Shown: positions 18,439-27,940 of the stretch, in pieces
How the letters are laid out: each line of letters begins with the position of its first letter
How positions within the stretch are numbered: position 1 is the stretch's first letter
DNA from: a virus
Lineage: Duplodnaviria; Heunggongvirae; Uroviricota; Caudoviricetes
Strand: one strand, 5' to 3'
Virus record (IMG/VR): IMGVR_UViG_2563366883_000008
DNA length: 38,527 nt
Notes under the pieces: generated by a model
What the model was told of the DNA's origin: nothing
What the model saw: the letters and a program-made list of their open reading frames with translations, nothing else
Database searches by the model: none
Translations under genes and position numbers: made by a program

Positions 18439-19386
18439 TTACAGATAATCCGCGACAACCAGCTCCAGCTTGCCCTTCATCTCGTTAGAGACGGTTGCGT
18501 TTCCGTCTGCGAACAGTTCACGCTCCAGCAGCTGCACCGCCTGTTTTTCCAGCGAGGTGGGGACAACAATATGGGTGGGTTTGATGCCGAGTTTGCGGCC
18601 ACCGTCAGCGGTAAATTCGCGCATGGCTGACCAGCCGTGCCACAGTGCATCCAGCGTCAGCGGTGACTGCATCATGTAGGCCATCTGCCAGAAGCCGTAG
18701 CCCACATTGCGACGGGCGGAAGCACCGAACACAAATTCGTTATCGGTGAATGCGCGACCTTCATCGACTTTGGTCTGGGCAACCAGTTCAGCCTTACGGC
18801 GATCCTGATAAATCAGCGGTTTGATTGCGCGTGAACAGTCGAGCAGATACCAGGCAGGACCGCTGTAATCCGCCTGTGCACCGACAGAACCGGTTTTTGC
18901 CACAAACATATTGCTGACCATCTGCGCATCCCCGGAGCCATCAACTTTGGGGTAAACAGGATGTTCGGTATCAAAGAAGTTCTGGCCGTCATAGCAGGCC
19001 GCATTAATCCCGTCACGAAGAGCAGCAAAGACCAGTTCATCCGGTTGTGCCGCAGCAGCGCGCCCCATCTCCTGGAACAACGGGGAATAAATACCGAGGT
19101 TATCGTCTTCGAAGTCATCGCGGTTAATGGCGACGGTGCCTTCAAAGGTTTTGTTCACGATGGCATAGCCATAGGCCTTCATCTTCTCGATGACGCGGGA
19201 GCCGATCCACTCACGGAACTGCGGGAACTGCCCCAGCCAGCCGTAGGTGTTGGATTTCGAGGTGGAGGGCACGGTCATCGCAATTTTTTTGTACTGCGAC
19301 GGGGCCATGGACATCCCGGCCTGAAAATCAGAACGGTAGCCCGTCATCAGGGCGGTGATCATCGCCGGTGTAATCGGGGTAGGCAT
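18439..19386 (-). CDS. Major head (capsid) protein (Mu T-like), 315 aa
   Basis: Size and position after the protease/scaffold gene. Confidence 0.8.
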   Translation of the reverse strand: MPTPITPAMITALMTGYRSDFQAGMSMAPSQYKKIAMTVPSTSKSNTYGWLGQFPQFREWIGSRVIEKMKAYGYAIVNKTFEGTVAINRDDFEDDNLGIYSPLFQEMGRAAAAQPDELVFAALRDGINAACYDGQNFFDTEHPVYPKVDGSGDAQMVSNMFVAKTGSVGAQADYSGPAWYLLDCSRAIKPLIYQDRRKAELVAQTKVDEGRAFTDNEFVFGASARRNVGYGFWQMAYMMQSPLTLDALWHGWSAMREFTADGGRKLGIKPTHIVVPTSLEKQAVQLLERELFADGNATVSNEMKGKLELVVADYL

Positions 19387-20510
19387 TATTGCATTTCCTC
19401 TTTCATTTTCAGGAATTCGGCTTCGGTTTTACCCAGAAGATGGGCGGCGGCGATATCTTCAGCCGACAGCGAGGCGGTGGCGGTCTTTTTATCCGGCACG
19501 GTCACGGTGTCGGTCTGAAGGCCGGTCAGGGCTGCAACCGGCTGTCGGGCGTCAAGCTGTGCAGAAAGTGCAGTAACACCAATCTGCCCACCCAGCTGTT
19601 CCAGATAGCCGCGTTCGCTTTTGAAGATGCGCCCTTCGGACTCGGCCTTGTCCAGCACCTGCTCCAGCGTGGTGCTGCCGTGCTGTGCTGACAGCGCAAC
19701 GTATTCGGTACGCAGGGCGTTATACGTTTCAATGGGCACATATTTCGTCAGATCAATACTGCCGCCAGCCGGTGTACCTTTTGCGGTTTCCAGCTCTGCC
19801 GACAGACTGGCGACCTGTGTTTTCAGGTTGTCGTGTGCATCCGCACGGGTTTTGATCCCGGTGAGGGCAGACAGCGCCGCCGTGCCCAGCTCCGGCGTAA
19901 ATTCGTCACCGTCAGCCACGGTCAGACCGAGCGCCGTCAGCAACTGGCGTAATTGCTCATTCATGGAGGTATCCTTTAAAGGAGGGTTTAAGGCGTTATA
20001 AAGGTCATCCGCCGACAGCGCGGCGACAGGATTCATGCCGGTCAGACCGGGGTCACCGGTAATAGCCAGCATCCGAAGTTCGACAGGTTCGCCGGTGTTC
20101 TCGTCATAGCCAATCACCGGTGAAAACCAGGGGAATTCGTTATTACGCAGATGTTCAAGGGCCGGAGGGTTCCACTTCGGGCGCACCTCGAAGCCACGCT
20201 CTTCACTGAAGCGGAAGTTTTCCGGTGAAGCCGTCACAAAACCGGCAGCCGGTGCCTGATGCCCCTTAATCAGGGTCTGGTGGTTGTAGTCAATTTTGAC
20301 CGGCTGATTGAGCGCCACAACCCGGGATACCATGCGCTCAACGGTCGCACGGTTAATCAGCCAGCCTTCAGCCGGTTTTTCCGGGCGACCGTCACGGGCC
20401 TTTACCCGACCGGCTGGCATGATCTGACACCAGTCACCGTCCCCGTCTGCGGACAGGCTGATGGCATTCAGAATGGCATAAGCAAGTTTGGGCGTGTTTT
20501 TCGTCTTCAT
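19386..20510 (-). CDS. Head protease/scaffold protein (Mu I-like), 374 aa
   Basis: Position between G and the major head gene; Ala-rich C-terminal half consistent with a scaffold domain. Confidence 0.75.
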   Translation of the reverse strand: MKTKNTPKLAYAILNAISLSADGDGDWCQIMPAGRVKARDGRPEKPAEGWLINRATVERMVSRVVALNQPVKIDYNHQTLIKGHQAPAAGFVTASPENFRFSEERGFEVRPKWNPPALEHLRNNEFPWFSPVIGYDENTGEPVELRMLAITGDPGLTGMNPVAALSADDLYNALNPPLKDTSMNEQLRQLLTALGLTVADGDEFTPELGTAALSALTGIKTRADAHDNLKTQVASLSAELETAKGTPAGGSIDLTKYVPIETYNALRTEYVALSAQHGSTTLEQVLDKAESEGRIFKSERGYLEQLGGQIGVTALSAQLDARQPVAALTGLQTDTVTVPDKKTATASLSAEDIAAAHLLGKTEAEFLKMKEEMQ

Positions 20511-20686
20511 TCCGGCAGCATAAGCCGGGAATTTTCAGGGCGGGTTTTGCGGGATTTCAGGAAGTGCTTCCAGGGGAAAAATACAAAGGCGCTTCACGCA
20601 GATTTTAAAGCCCGTTAAATACAGGTTAGAAAATCACGACACGCGCCTGAAGGGGGTAAGGTAATGCATTTGCATACCTTAAACAA

Positions 20687-21160
20687 TTAAGGCGTTTCTG
20701 TGGCCTTTTTAAAGCGTTTTCTGATTTCGGCCATGATCTCCTGCTCTGCCACCTGATCAAAGCCCATATACGGACGTGCACCAATGGCCGCCGGTCCAGG
20801 CGGCATACCTGGCAGGCCACCCCACTGATGAATGGCCGCATAAGGCTCATTTGATCCAATCAGCGCCCAGGTATCGCCATAATCCGTGGTCAGGCGTCGG
20901 GCCAGATCGCCGTTCAGCGTCAGGATTTTGCCGGGCATGTATCCCTTACGGGTACGCCACTTGCGGTAAGGATCTGACCAGTCATGCCAGCGTTCGCCGT
21001 CCGGCTCTTTTTCCTGTTCAAACGCCATTTCTGAGGATGACAGAAGGCTGGACGCCACACTGCGGGCCAGGTCTTTTCCACCACCCACAAACTGAAGCCG
21101 GGCAAAGACCCGCTGGAGACGCGCAACGTCCACCACCACGGCTGCATCGATGGATGACAT
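20687..21160 (-). CDS. Virion morphogenesis protein (Mu G-like), 157 aa
   Basis: Size (Mu G is about 156 aa) and position after F. Confidence 0.7.
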   Translation of the reverse strand: MSSIDAAVVVDVARLQRVFARLQFVGGGKDLARSVASSLLSSSEMAFEQEKEPDGERWHDWSDPYRKWRTRKGYMPGKILTLNGDLARRLTTDYGDTWALIGSNEPYAAIHQWGGLPGMPPGPAAIGARPYMGFDQVAEQEIMAEIRKRFKKATETP

Positions 21161-21198
21161 GTTGCCTCCTTAAAACTATCTGATTAAAATAAATACAG

Positions 21199-21278
21199 GC
21201 CGGTGTACTCTTAACTGGTAAAGCGGCATAAACCCTCAGGGGTCATATGTTTATGCGGGTTCGACCCCCGTCACCGGC
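21199..21278. other. Structured GC-rich element in the F-G intergenic gap (nested stems, tRNA-like acceptor/T-arm geometry)
   Basis: gccggtg (21199-21205) pairs with caccggc (21272-21278); internal gcataaac/gtttatgc stem; gcggg-TTCGACC-cccgt hairpin; a U-rich tract follows on the minus strand before the G RBS. Confidence 0.3.
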
Positions 21279-22604
21279 TTACAATTTACCTTCCAGTAGT
21301 TCCAGCTTTCCGCCCTCTATTGCTTTTTCAATATCAAATTTATTTACCCGGTAAGCATTAATTACCACATCCAGCTTATCCGGCTGGCGCTTCACACCAT
21401 AAGGCGCATTGACGGCAATCTTTGCCGTTCCGTCACGGGTTTCAGTGATGTAAAGCAGGTTCTGGTGGACATTATCCCACAGCACGGCATCGGGGGCGGC
21501 CAGCATTGCCGGTAATCGCCCGAAATCCTCCGGCGTCAGGGCAATGCCGTCATTCTGATGTTTCACGCTGTCCGCATGGAGCACATTTTTACCGCTCATC
21601 GCCAGCAGGCGGGCCGGTGGCGTTCCCGTCCGGCTTTCCACCGCCTGCGCAATACTTTCGGTCATAAAGCCCAGCGTGCGGATATCGTTACCGCCTCGCC
21701 GGGTTTTCATGATGTTTTTTGCCCAGATGCGGAACGCCAGCTGCCGCTCCGGGCTGTTGTTCATCTCCTGAACCACCATTTCCCGTAACGCCGGGCTTTT
21801 CACCTCGATCAGTTTACGGATCAGCGCCTGGTCTGTGCCGAACGCCGCCGAACCGGGGTTATATGACCAGCCCACATCCGGTGTCATGGTTCTGGTGCCA
21901 TCTGAATATGTGGTCACCGGCATTTCTCTGACTTCCCCGGTCTGCTTATCCACGCCAGCCTCAACATTGCGGGTGGAGAGATGATCCTGACCGGATGAAA
22001 CAGAGAGTCCCATTGCATCCAGACGGGCCTGAGACAATGGCCGGACACGGCAGCGACAGTTCCAGCCATTGGGCGGGTAGTGTGTATTCCAGAACGGATC
22101 GTCATAGCGGAATACCAGCCCGTTAAGGGCGGAATGCGCCGGGCGGGTGCGGCTGTCCATCACCGCCACATACTGCCAGAACGGATGCGTGTCCGTGTTG
22201 TTCATCATCTGCGTGTAACGCCCGGCATTGTAAGCCACGCGGGTGTTCACGTTGTAAATCAGCGCCAGACGACGGGGACTGCCCAGTTGCACTTCTTCCG
22301 CGTTCCCTGCGCTGTCCACCACAATCTGCTTTCCCCACCATCCCAGCTTTTGCAGGCGGGGTGTCAGCGTGCGGATAAATGCTTTCTGTGAAATCCCCTC
22401 ATCAACAGCACGCTGCACTTCCGCCTGTAGTGTGGTCAGTACGTCCAGGCGTGCCACTTTTGCCGCCGTGAATGAACGGGCATGAACATCCGCGTCTGTT
22501 TCGAACCAGTTCCAGCTGATATGCACCCCTTTGGCGCGGAAGTATGCCACCGCCTCTTTTGAGGGAAGGGTGGCGGCATAACCTAAATCAATCCCCTGAG
22601 CCAT
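21279..22604 (-). CDS. Head morphogenesis protein (Mu F-like), 441 aa
   Basis: Size and position after the portal gene. Confidence 0.8.
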   Translation of the reverse strand: MAQGIDLGYAATLPSKEAVAYFRAKGVHISWNWFETDADVHARSFTAAKVARLDVLTTLQAEVQRAVDEGISQKAFIRTLTPRLQKLGWWGKQIVVDSAGNAEEVQLGSPRRLALIYNVNTRVAYNAGRYTQMMNNTDTHPFWQYVAVMDSRTRPAHSALNGLVFRYDDPFWNTHYPPNGWNCRCRVRPLSQARLDAMGLSVSSGQDHLSTRNVEAGVDKQTGEVREMPVTTYSDGTRTMTPDVGWSYNPGSAAFGTDQALIRKLIEVKSPALREMVVQEMNNSPERQLAFRIWAKNIMKTRRGGNDIRTLGFMTESIAQAVESRTGTPPARLLAMSGKNVLHADSVKHQNDGIALTPEDFGRLPAMLAAPDAVLWDNVHQNLLYITETRDGTAKIAVNAPYGVKRQPDKLDVVINAYRVNKFDIEKAIEGGKLELLEGKL

Positions 22605-24186
22605 CCAGCATCCCCTTCATTTCCGCAGCAAACATGGCATCACTGAGCAGCGTCATCAGGCGGGAATCATCCATTTCACGGTAAAGGGCGGGCAGGTCTG
22701 CCAGTGCCTCCGCCAGCCCCCGCGTTCTGATGGCATCAATGACCGGCTCCAGTACCGGGTCGATGGCCTCCTGTAACCGGCGGGCAGGCACCGCATCCCC
22801 CATGTCGTCCAGTTCATCACGGGGGCTGCTTTTCGCTTCCGGCAGTCTGGCAGCCAGCGCTGTCTGCTCTGTCTTCTCCTGTTTTTCCGGTGGCATCTCT
22901 TTGTCTGTCTGAGCAGGTTCATTGCCACTCTGACGGACACGGAAGATGGCTTCACCGGGCGTGGGCTGCGGAATACCGGTCTGCTCCCTTATCCAGGGAT
23001 CAGAAATATCCATCCCCGTACTGAGCTGCATCACCGCACTGGTGATTTTGGTGATATCCCCCGGCTCTTTTGTCTGGAAACAGATACGCGGCAGGCGACG
23101 GATATCAATGGCGTGGGCGGTGTTCAGGGCATACAGCGGATACACCAGATCGCGGTTCAGCGTGGCGGCCAGCTGGCGTAAATCAGAATCCCTGATTTCC
23201 CGGCGCACCTCGTTATGCACTTCACCCAGCGAGCGCGCGCCTTTGTCTCCGGCTTCCGTGGTCAGCGTGCCGCCGAGTATTGCTTTGGAGATGGAACGCT
23301 CCCCCCACGAAATCATGGTTTCAAACGGATCGGCCTGACCGTTCGCTGCCGCCTGAAACTCCAGCGACATCCCGGCCGGGATGATCCCGCCTGTACGTCG
23401 CCCGATATCCATCACCGCCCGCATCAGGGCACTTTTCTGCTCCGGTGTTGCCCCGGACGGGTATTTCCCGACCTTCATCGGCAGGCCGTACACCTCCAGA
23501 AATTCCGCCAGATCGCGCACGGAATAGTTTTTGAAAATGAACGGCCAGATAAGCGTTCTGACAAGCCCCGTCGCACCACCGTAGCCGGTGCGTGAACGCG
23601 ACTGATGCACTATCCAGCCAAAGGGCTGAAACGCCACCCCGGCATGGCTGCCGTCACGCAGTCGCAGTTCGCTCAAATCATCCGGGTTAAGGCAGAAATG
23701 CCCGCTGTCACGCCAGCGGATGGCGCGGATGATGTGCATTTTACCGAGCATCCCGTGCTCAATTTCCATGCAGGAATAGCCCTTCAGGATGGCATCCGTG
23801 GCGTCAAACAGCATGGCATCAAACCAGTCTGCGGAATGCAGATATTCGTCGAGCATTTCCGCGTCCTTTTTCTCATTCGCGCTGGCGTTCGGTGGCGGCT
23901 CAATGCTCCATGGCACCCCCTGAATGGCAAGACGTCGCTTGCCCAGCTCCGCAAAAAGGTGGGTGTCCTTTTCTTCAATGTCAGCCGCCAGATCGGACTG
24001 GGCAATCAGATCGCCACGTTCAGCCCCGCGAAGGCACTGCGCCGCCCGGTTCGGGGTGATACCCGAGGCGGGATGCTCAACATAACGGCTGGCAATCTGC
24101 GGAATATCCAGCGCGGTACTTTGCATCTCCGGGTCAAAGGAGAAAGGTTTTCCGTCAAGATCAATTATGCGTCCCACTACCAGCAC
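22588..24186 (-). CDS. Portal protein (Mu gp29/H-like), 532 aa
   Basis: Size and position directly after the large terminase gene. Confidence 0.8.
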   Translation of the reverse strand: MLVVGRIIDLDGKPFSFDPEMQSTALDIPQIASRYVEHPASGITPNRAAQCLRGAERGDLIAQSDLAADIEEKDTHLFAELGKRRLAIQGVPWSIEPPPNASANEKKDAEMLDEYLHSADWFDAMLFDATDAILKGYSCMEIEHGMLGKMHIIRAIRWRDSGHFCLNPDDLSELRLRDGSHAGVAFQPFGWIVHQSRSRTGYGGATGLVRTLIWPFIFKNYSVRDLAEFLEVYGLPMKVGKYPSGATPEQKSALMRAVMDIGRRTGGIIPAGMSLEFQAAANGQADPFETMISWGERSISKAILGGTLTTEAGDKGARSLGEVHNEVRREIRDSDLRQLAATLNRDLVYPLYALNTAHAIDIRRLPRICFQTKEPGDITKITSAVMQLSTGMDISDPWIREQTGIPQPTPGEAIFRVRQSGNEPAQTDKEMPPEKQEKTEQTALAARLPEAKSSPRDELDDMGDAVPARRLQEAIDPVLEPVIDAIRTRGLAEALADLPALYREMDDSRLMTLLSDAMFAAEMKGMLDGSGD

Positions 24187-25841
24187 CCCCGATCAAATTC
24201 ATGATATGCCTCATCGTCATCACGATAACCGCCCTCCATTGCCCGCGACCGCTCCGGCAGCGCCTGACAGGCTGATTCATCCAGGATGAAACCCTCCATG
24301 TATGACGCCCGGTTTGCCATACAGAGTGCCACGGCAAAATCACCATGGCGGCGGGCGTTCGCAGCCGTTGCGTTCTGGTCCTTCGTGCGCCCCTTGTCGA
24401 TTTGCGGGATACCATTCACCACCTTCACATGGCGCAAATCATCAAGCGTGGTCTGATGGCGGGCGACGAGGATATTCTGATCTTCAAACTCGGCTTTCAG
24501 TTTTGGCATCCACTCGCCGTACCACTTCGGCGACAACATCACGCAGTCGATGATGTCCGGGCCAAAGGCCAGCAGCGCGGCTTCTGCCAGATAGCCGCCG
24601 TTACCGGTGGCGTCAAACGCTGCACCAACCAGGGCCGGAACGCGGGTCAGGATGTACATCATCACCTGCTCCTGCTGGGCATACGGCAAGTTGCGCAGCT
24701 CCACGCGAAACACCTCACGTTTTGCCAGGGATTCGGTGATTTCCAGCAGCACAAAGCAGGAGAGGTCACCGGTGCGGGCAAAGTCTTCCCCGAAGCTGAA
24801 GCGGGAACGGGGATTTAACGCCTCTAAAAGCGGTTTTAAATGTTCTTCACACCAGGTTAAAACTTCCGATTCACGCAGCCATGCGGCACGGCTGATGAAG
24901 TCGTCCGGGGCTTCAAACGTCAGAATCGGGATGTCGCGGATCATCGCCATTTCAATAAGTGCGTGAGGAATATAGGCACCGCCGGATTTTTTCGGGATAC
25001 AGCCGTATTCCTCGTCGGCATCCTCACGGGTCGGGGCGTTTTTGTAGAGATCATCACGCCACTTCTGCTCGCTTTCCGGTGACCATTCGCGGCCGGTGAC
25101 ATAACAGATACGACGGTACAGCCCGTCCGCAATGGCATCATCCAGGGTTATGCGGTGGACGCTGTAATCCTTGCGTCCCTCGCGGGCTTCCTGAATGTAC
25201 TGATTAAACAGATTATCGACGCCGTTATGCGTGGAGATAATACGCACGCGCGCGCCCCACATGGTAAGCGCCATTGCCGCCTTGAGAAGCTCATCCAGTG
25301 ACTCGTGGAACGCGGCTTCATCAATCACCACATCTCCCTGAAGGCCGCGCAGGTTTGACGGACGGGAAGACAGTGCCTGAATTTTGAATCCACTGTTCGG
25401 AAAGCGGATCATGTAGGTCAGAATTTCTTCTTTTTTATCCCGATCCCAGAAGGTCTGCTCATACACATCAGCATCTGCCAGCTGGTTAAAGGCACGGGAG
25501 AACAGGGCGCAGGCAGAAATATATTCCAGCGCCATCTCCTGCTTTGACCCCACATAAAACACATTGCGGCCACCGCGCCGCTTCGGTTTTGCAGCGGTAA
25601 TGACGTTACGCCCGGCTTCCGCCCAGGTAAGCCCGGTACGGCGGGATTTTTCCGCGATGCAGACCTCGCTTTCATCCTCAAACCAGCGGGCCTGATAATC
25701 CAGAAATACCGGCATATCACCGGGCAAATCAAGGCTGTCCGGCACATCCACGCCCAGCAGGGCTTTTTCACCGGCCAGATCAATTTTGCGGGTAGAGACG
25801 GTATTCGTCAGTAAGGGGGAGAGTTCTTCGGCGTTATTCAT
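24177..25841 (-). CDS. Terminase large subunit (Mu gp28/E-like), 554 aa
   Basis: VVIDEAAF Walker-B-like ATPase motif; size; followed by portal. Confidence 0.85.
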   Translation of the reverse strand: MNNAEELSPLLTNTVSTRKIDLAGEKALLGVDVPDSLDLPGDMPVFLDYQARWFEDESEVCIAEKSRRTGLTWAEAGRNVITAAKPKRRGGRNVFYVGSKQEMALEYISACALFSRAFNQLADADVYEQTFWDRDKKEEILTYMIRFPNSGFKIQALSSRPSNLRGLQGDVVIDEAAFHESLDELLKAAMALTMWGARVRIISTHNGVDNLFNQYIQEAREGRKDYSVHRITLDDAIADGLYRRICYVTGREWSPESEQKWRDDLYKNAPTREDADEEYGCIPKKSGGAYIPHALIEMAMIRDIPILTFEAPDDFISRAAWLRESEVLTWCEEHLKPLLEALNPRSRFSFGEDFARTGDLSCFVLLEITESLAKREVFRVELRNLPYAQQEQVMMYILTRVPALVGAAFDATGNGGYLAEAALLAFGPDIIDCVMLSPKWYGEWMPKLKAEFEDQNILVARHQTTLDDLRHVKVVNGIPQIDKGRTKDQNATAANARRHGDFAVALCMANRASYMEGFILDESACQALPERSRAMEGGYRDDDEAYHEFDRGCW

Positions 25842-26422
25842 CAGACTTTACCCAACAGAATCCCCTTAATACGGGACTCAAGCTGTTCACTCATCCCGTC
25901 CACGCCGCGCAGTTCGTCGGTGAGCGCGTTCGCCATCTCTTCAGCAAATGCGGCCCGGATTTCTTTTTCACGCTTAATGCTGCGCTCGGCGGCACTTTCC
26001 GCACGCTGTGCCGACAGGAGGATGTCCTTGATGAGGCGCATATCCACGTCGCTGTCGCTGTTCAGGGATTCGGTGGCGGCACGCAGACGGCGGTACATCA
26101 GGGCACGGGACATCTCCAGAATCAGCGCCGTAGTTTCACCGGTCGGCTTATCCCCCAGTTCAGCCATCATGGCTTTTGTCTGCTCGCGCAAATCACGCAG
26201 ATTGCGGGCAATCAGCTCATTACGGGAGGCTTCCCGGCTGATGGCCGCCGGTGAAAGCTGCTGCTCTTCCGGCAGGCCTGCCTCGCGGATCAGACGGTTG
26301 ATTTCCTCGCGGATCTGGACCTGCGTCAGACGTTTTTCACGCAGCATTTCCAGCAGCGGCTTACGGATGCTGTCGGGGAGCAAATCCACCTTGCGCACGC
26401 GGCCACGCGTCGGCTTGTCCAT
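25841..26422 (-). CDS. Terminase small subunit-like protein (Mu gp27/D-like), 193 aa
   Basis: Charged, coiled-coil-rich protein immediately upstream of the large terminase. Confidence 0.55.
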   Translation of the reverse strand: MDKPTRGRVRKVDLLPDSIRKPLLEMLREKRLTQVQIREEINRLIREAGLPEEQQLSPAAISREASRNELIARNLRDLREQTKAMMAELGDKPTGETTALILEMSRALMYRRLRAATESLNSDSDVDMRLIKDILLSAQRAESAAERSIKREKEIRAAFAEEMANALTDELRGVDGMSEQLESRIKGILLGKV

Positions 26423-26424
26423 CG

Positions 26425-26715
26425 TTACCCCCTTGCGCGTGGTTTCTTCACACCCGGAACACTGGCGCGGCCTTCCGCCACATCCTGCCCCCGGCCGGTC
26501 AGCTCTGCGATGAAATAACCGTTAATCAGAACGCGTTTGCGCACCAGTCCCTGTTCGGCAAGCCAGGCAATGTGGGTGTGAACGGTGTCGCGGGACACGT
26601 GGTGACCGTAATCATCCAGACAGTCCTGGAGCACGGATTCACCCAGTTCACCGTTGTAATCTGCCAGCGACCGCAGAATGACCAGACGCTGATCTTCAGT
26701 AATGAAATCACTCAT
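26425..26715 (-). CDS. Putative winged-helix DNA-binding protein (Mu gp26 position), 96 aa
   Basis: Position between lysis and packaging genes. Confidence 0.45.
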   Translation of the reverse strand: MSDFITEDQRLVILRSLADYNGELGESVLQDCLDDYGHHVSRDTVHTHIAWLAEQGLVRKRVLINGYFIAELTGRGQDVAEGRASVPGVKKPRARG

Positions 26716-27020
26716 TGCGTTTTTTTCCTTACAGCCTGCTCCAGCAGCAGTTCGTTCTGATAGGAGACAGAGCGGAGCGTGGCGTTCGTGGTTTTCAGTT
26801 CACCCCGCAGGGTCACGATTTCCACATTCAGACGGTTGACCTCGGCTTCTGTCGGCAGTGACGACAGGCGGGTTTCCACCTTCTCAACGCGGTCGGAGAG
26901 TTTTTCAAAGGCCTCGCGGGGGACAAACGTTTTGCGCATCAGCGCCATGAATATCCCGCCAGCGGTTGCCGTCGCCGAAAGGATCGGCACAACATAATCT
27001 TTAACGATGCTGACCCACAT
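26712..27020 (-). CDS. Small membrane protein with coiled-coil (Mu gp25 position), 102 aa
   Basis: N-terminal hydrophobic helix (VVPILSATATAGGIFMALM) followed by a predicted coiled-coil. Confidence 0.45.
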   Translation of the reverse strand: MWVSIVKDYVVPILSATATAGGIFMALMRKTFVPREAFEKLSDRVEKVETRLSSLPTEAEVNRLNVEIVTLRGELKTTNATLRSVSYQNELLLEQAVRKKTQ

Positions 27021-27228
27021 GACGGGCCTCCATGATGTTCTGGCAGTTCACACAACGGATGGCATCCGGCACAGCAACAAGACGTGCGGCGGGGATCTCT
27101 CCGCCACAGTCTGCGCAGACACGTCTGCCCGGAGCATCCATTGCCCGGCACTTACGTGTCAGCCGGTTACAAAGGGCGCGTTCTGATCCCCGCTCCATCA
27201 CAGCCTGAGCACGATCTGAATCATCCAT
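27001..27228 (-). CDS. TraR/DksA-family C4 zinc-finger protein, 75 aa
   Basis: CADCGGEIP...RCVNCQ four-cysteine motif near the C-terminus. Confidence 0.7.
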   Translation of the reverse strand: MDDSDRAQAVMERGSERALCNRLTRKCRAMDAPGRRVCADCGGEIPAARLVAVPDAIRCVNCQNIMEARHVGQHR

Positions 27229-27237
27229 AGCTTTTCC

Positions 27238-27609
27238 TTACTTCGTCTTTCCTGCCGGAACAGCAGGCGTTCCGGCCATATCAGTAAATTCATGTTGTCG
27301 CCGCGCCTCCAGACGACGAATACTGGCCTTGTCCACGTTGCAGTTCTTGATCACCGCCAGCAGTTGCAGGTTGTAAGTGACCGATGCCCCAAACGTGAAC
27401 GGCTCCGGCGCAGGAGGCACCAGGCAGTCAGCCAGCCATTCAGCGGGGATCGGCACCGGCTTCACAGGCACGTATTTCACAGACGGCCCGGCGCACCCGA
27501 TCAGCCACATCATCAGGAACAGGGGCAGAGGCCGCAGGCACTGCTGCCAGCGACCGGCGGACAACGCTCTGCTGCCCCTCGCTGTGCTGAATGTTCTGTT
27601 GTTTTTCAT
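27238..27609 (-). CDS. Putative o-spanin (outer-membrane lipoprotein), start at internal ATG
   Basis: Lipobox-like LIGC after a hydrophobic stretch; Pro-rich mature region; embedded in another frame of the i-spanin gene and extending past it. Confidence 0.5.
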   Translation of the reverse strand: MKNNRTFSTARGSRALSAGRWQQCLRPLPLFLMMWLIGCAGPSVKYVPVKPVPIPAEWLADCLVPPAPEPFTFGASVTYNLQLLAVIKNCNVDKASIRRLEARRQHEFTDMAGTPAVPAGKTK

Positions 27610-27940
27610 TCGTGGCCGCCTCACTGATTTGTGAAATGAGTTGCAGGGTGCGTTGCTGGTTTGCCAGCACCAGACGGGCTTCGTCCCGTTCGCGCACAAG
27701 CACATGATTATTGTCCTCAAGGCGCTGCGTCTTCTGGTGCATTCCCCATACCACGGCAGCCAGCACGCTCATCACCCCCAGCGCCGCCATACAGCCTCCG
27801 GCAATCAGGGCCGGTAAGGGATTATTCACCGCAGCCACAGCACACCCCGCAGCAGCACAACGGCACACAGCAGCGCAATCATGAGCGGTCGCCAGAAGCG
27901 GTTCAGACTTTCGGCAAATCGTAGCGACATAACCATTCAT
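27440..27940 (-). CDS. Putative i-spanin (start at ATG 27938-27940; the ORF-track start is a TTG)
   Basis: Hydrophobic N-terminal segment then coiled-coil-like region; overlaps the endolysin 3' end. Confidence 0.5.
   Translation of the reverse strand: MNGYVATICRKSEPLLATAHDCAAVCRCAAAGCAVAAVNNPLPALIAGGCMAALGVMSVLAAVVWGMHQKTQRLEDNNHVLVRERDEARLVLANQQRTLQLISQISEAATNEKQQNIQHSEGQQSVVRRSLAAVPAASAPVPDDVADRVRRAVCEIRACEAGADPR

Noticed and set aside
21199-21278. Possible tRNA gene (7-bp acceptor-like stem and GGTTCGA T-loop-like hairpin)
   Set aside because: No D-arm or anticodon arm with standard geometry can be drawn from the intervening 49 nt, and there is no encoded CCA. Kept only as a structured element, not as a tRNA.
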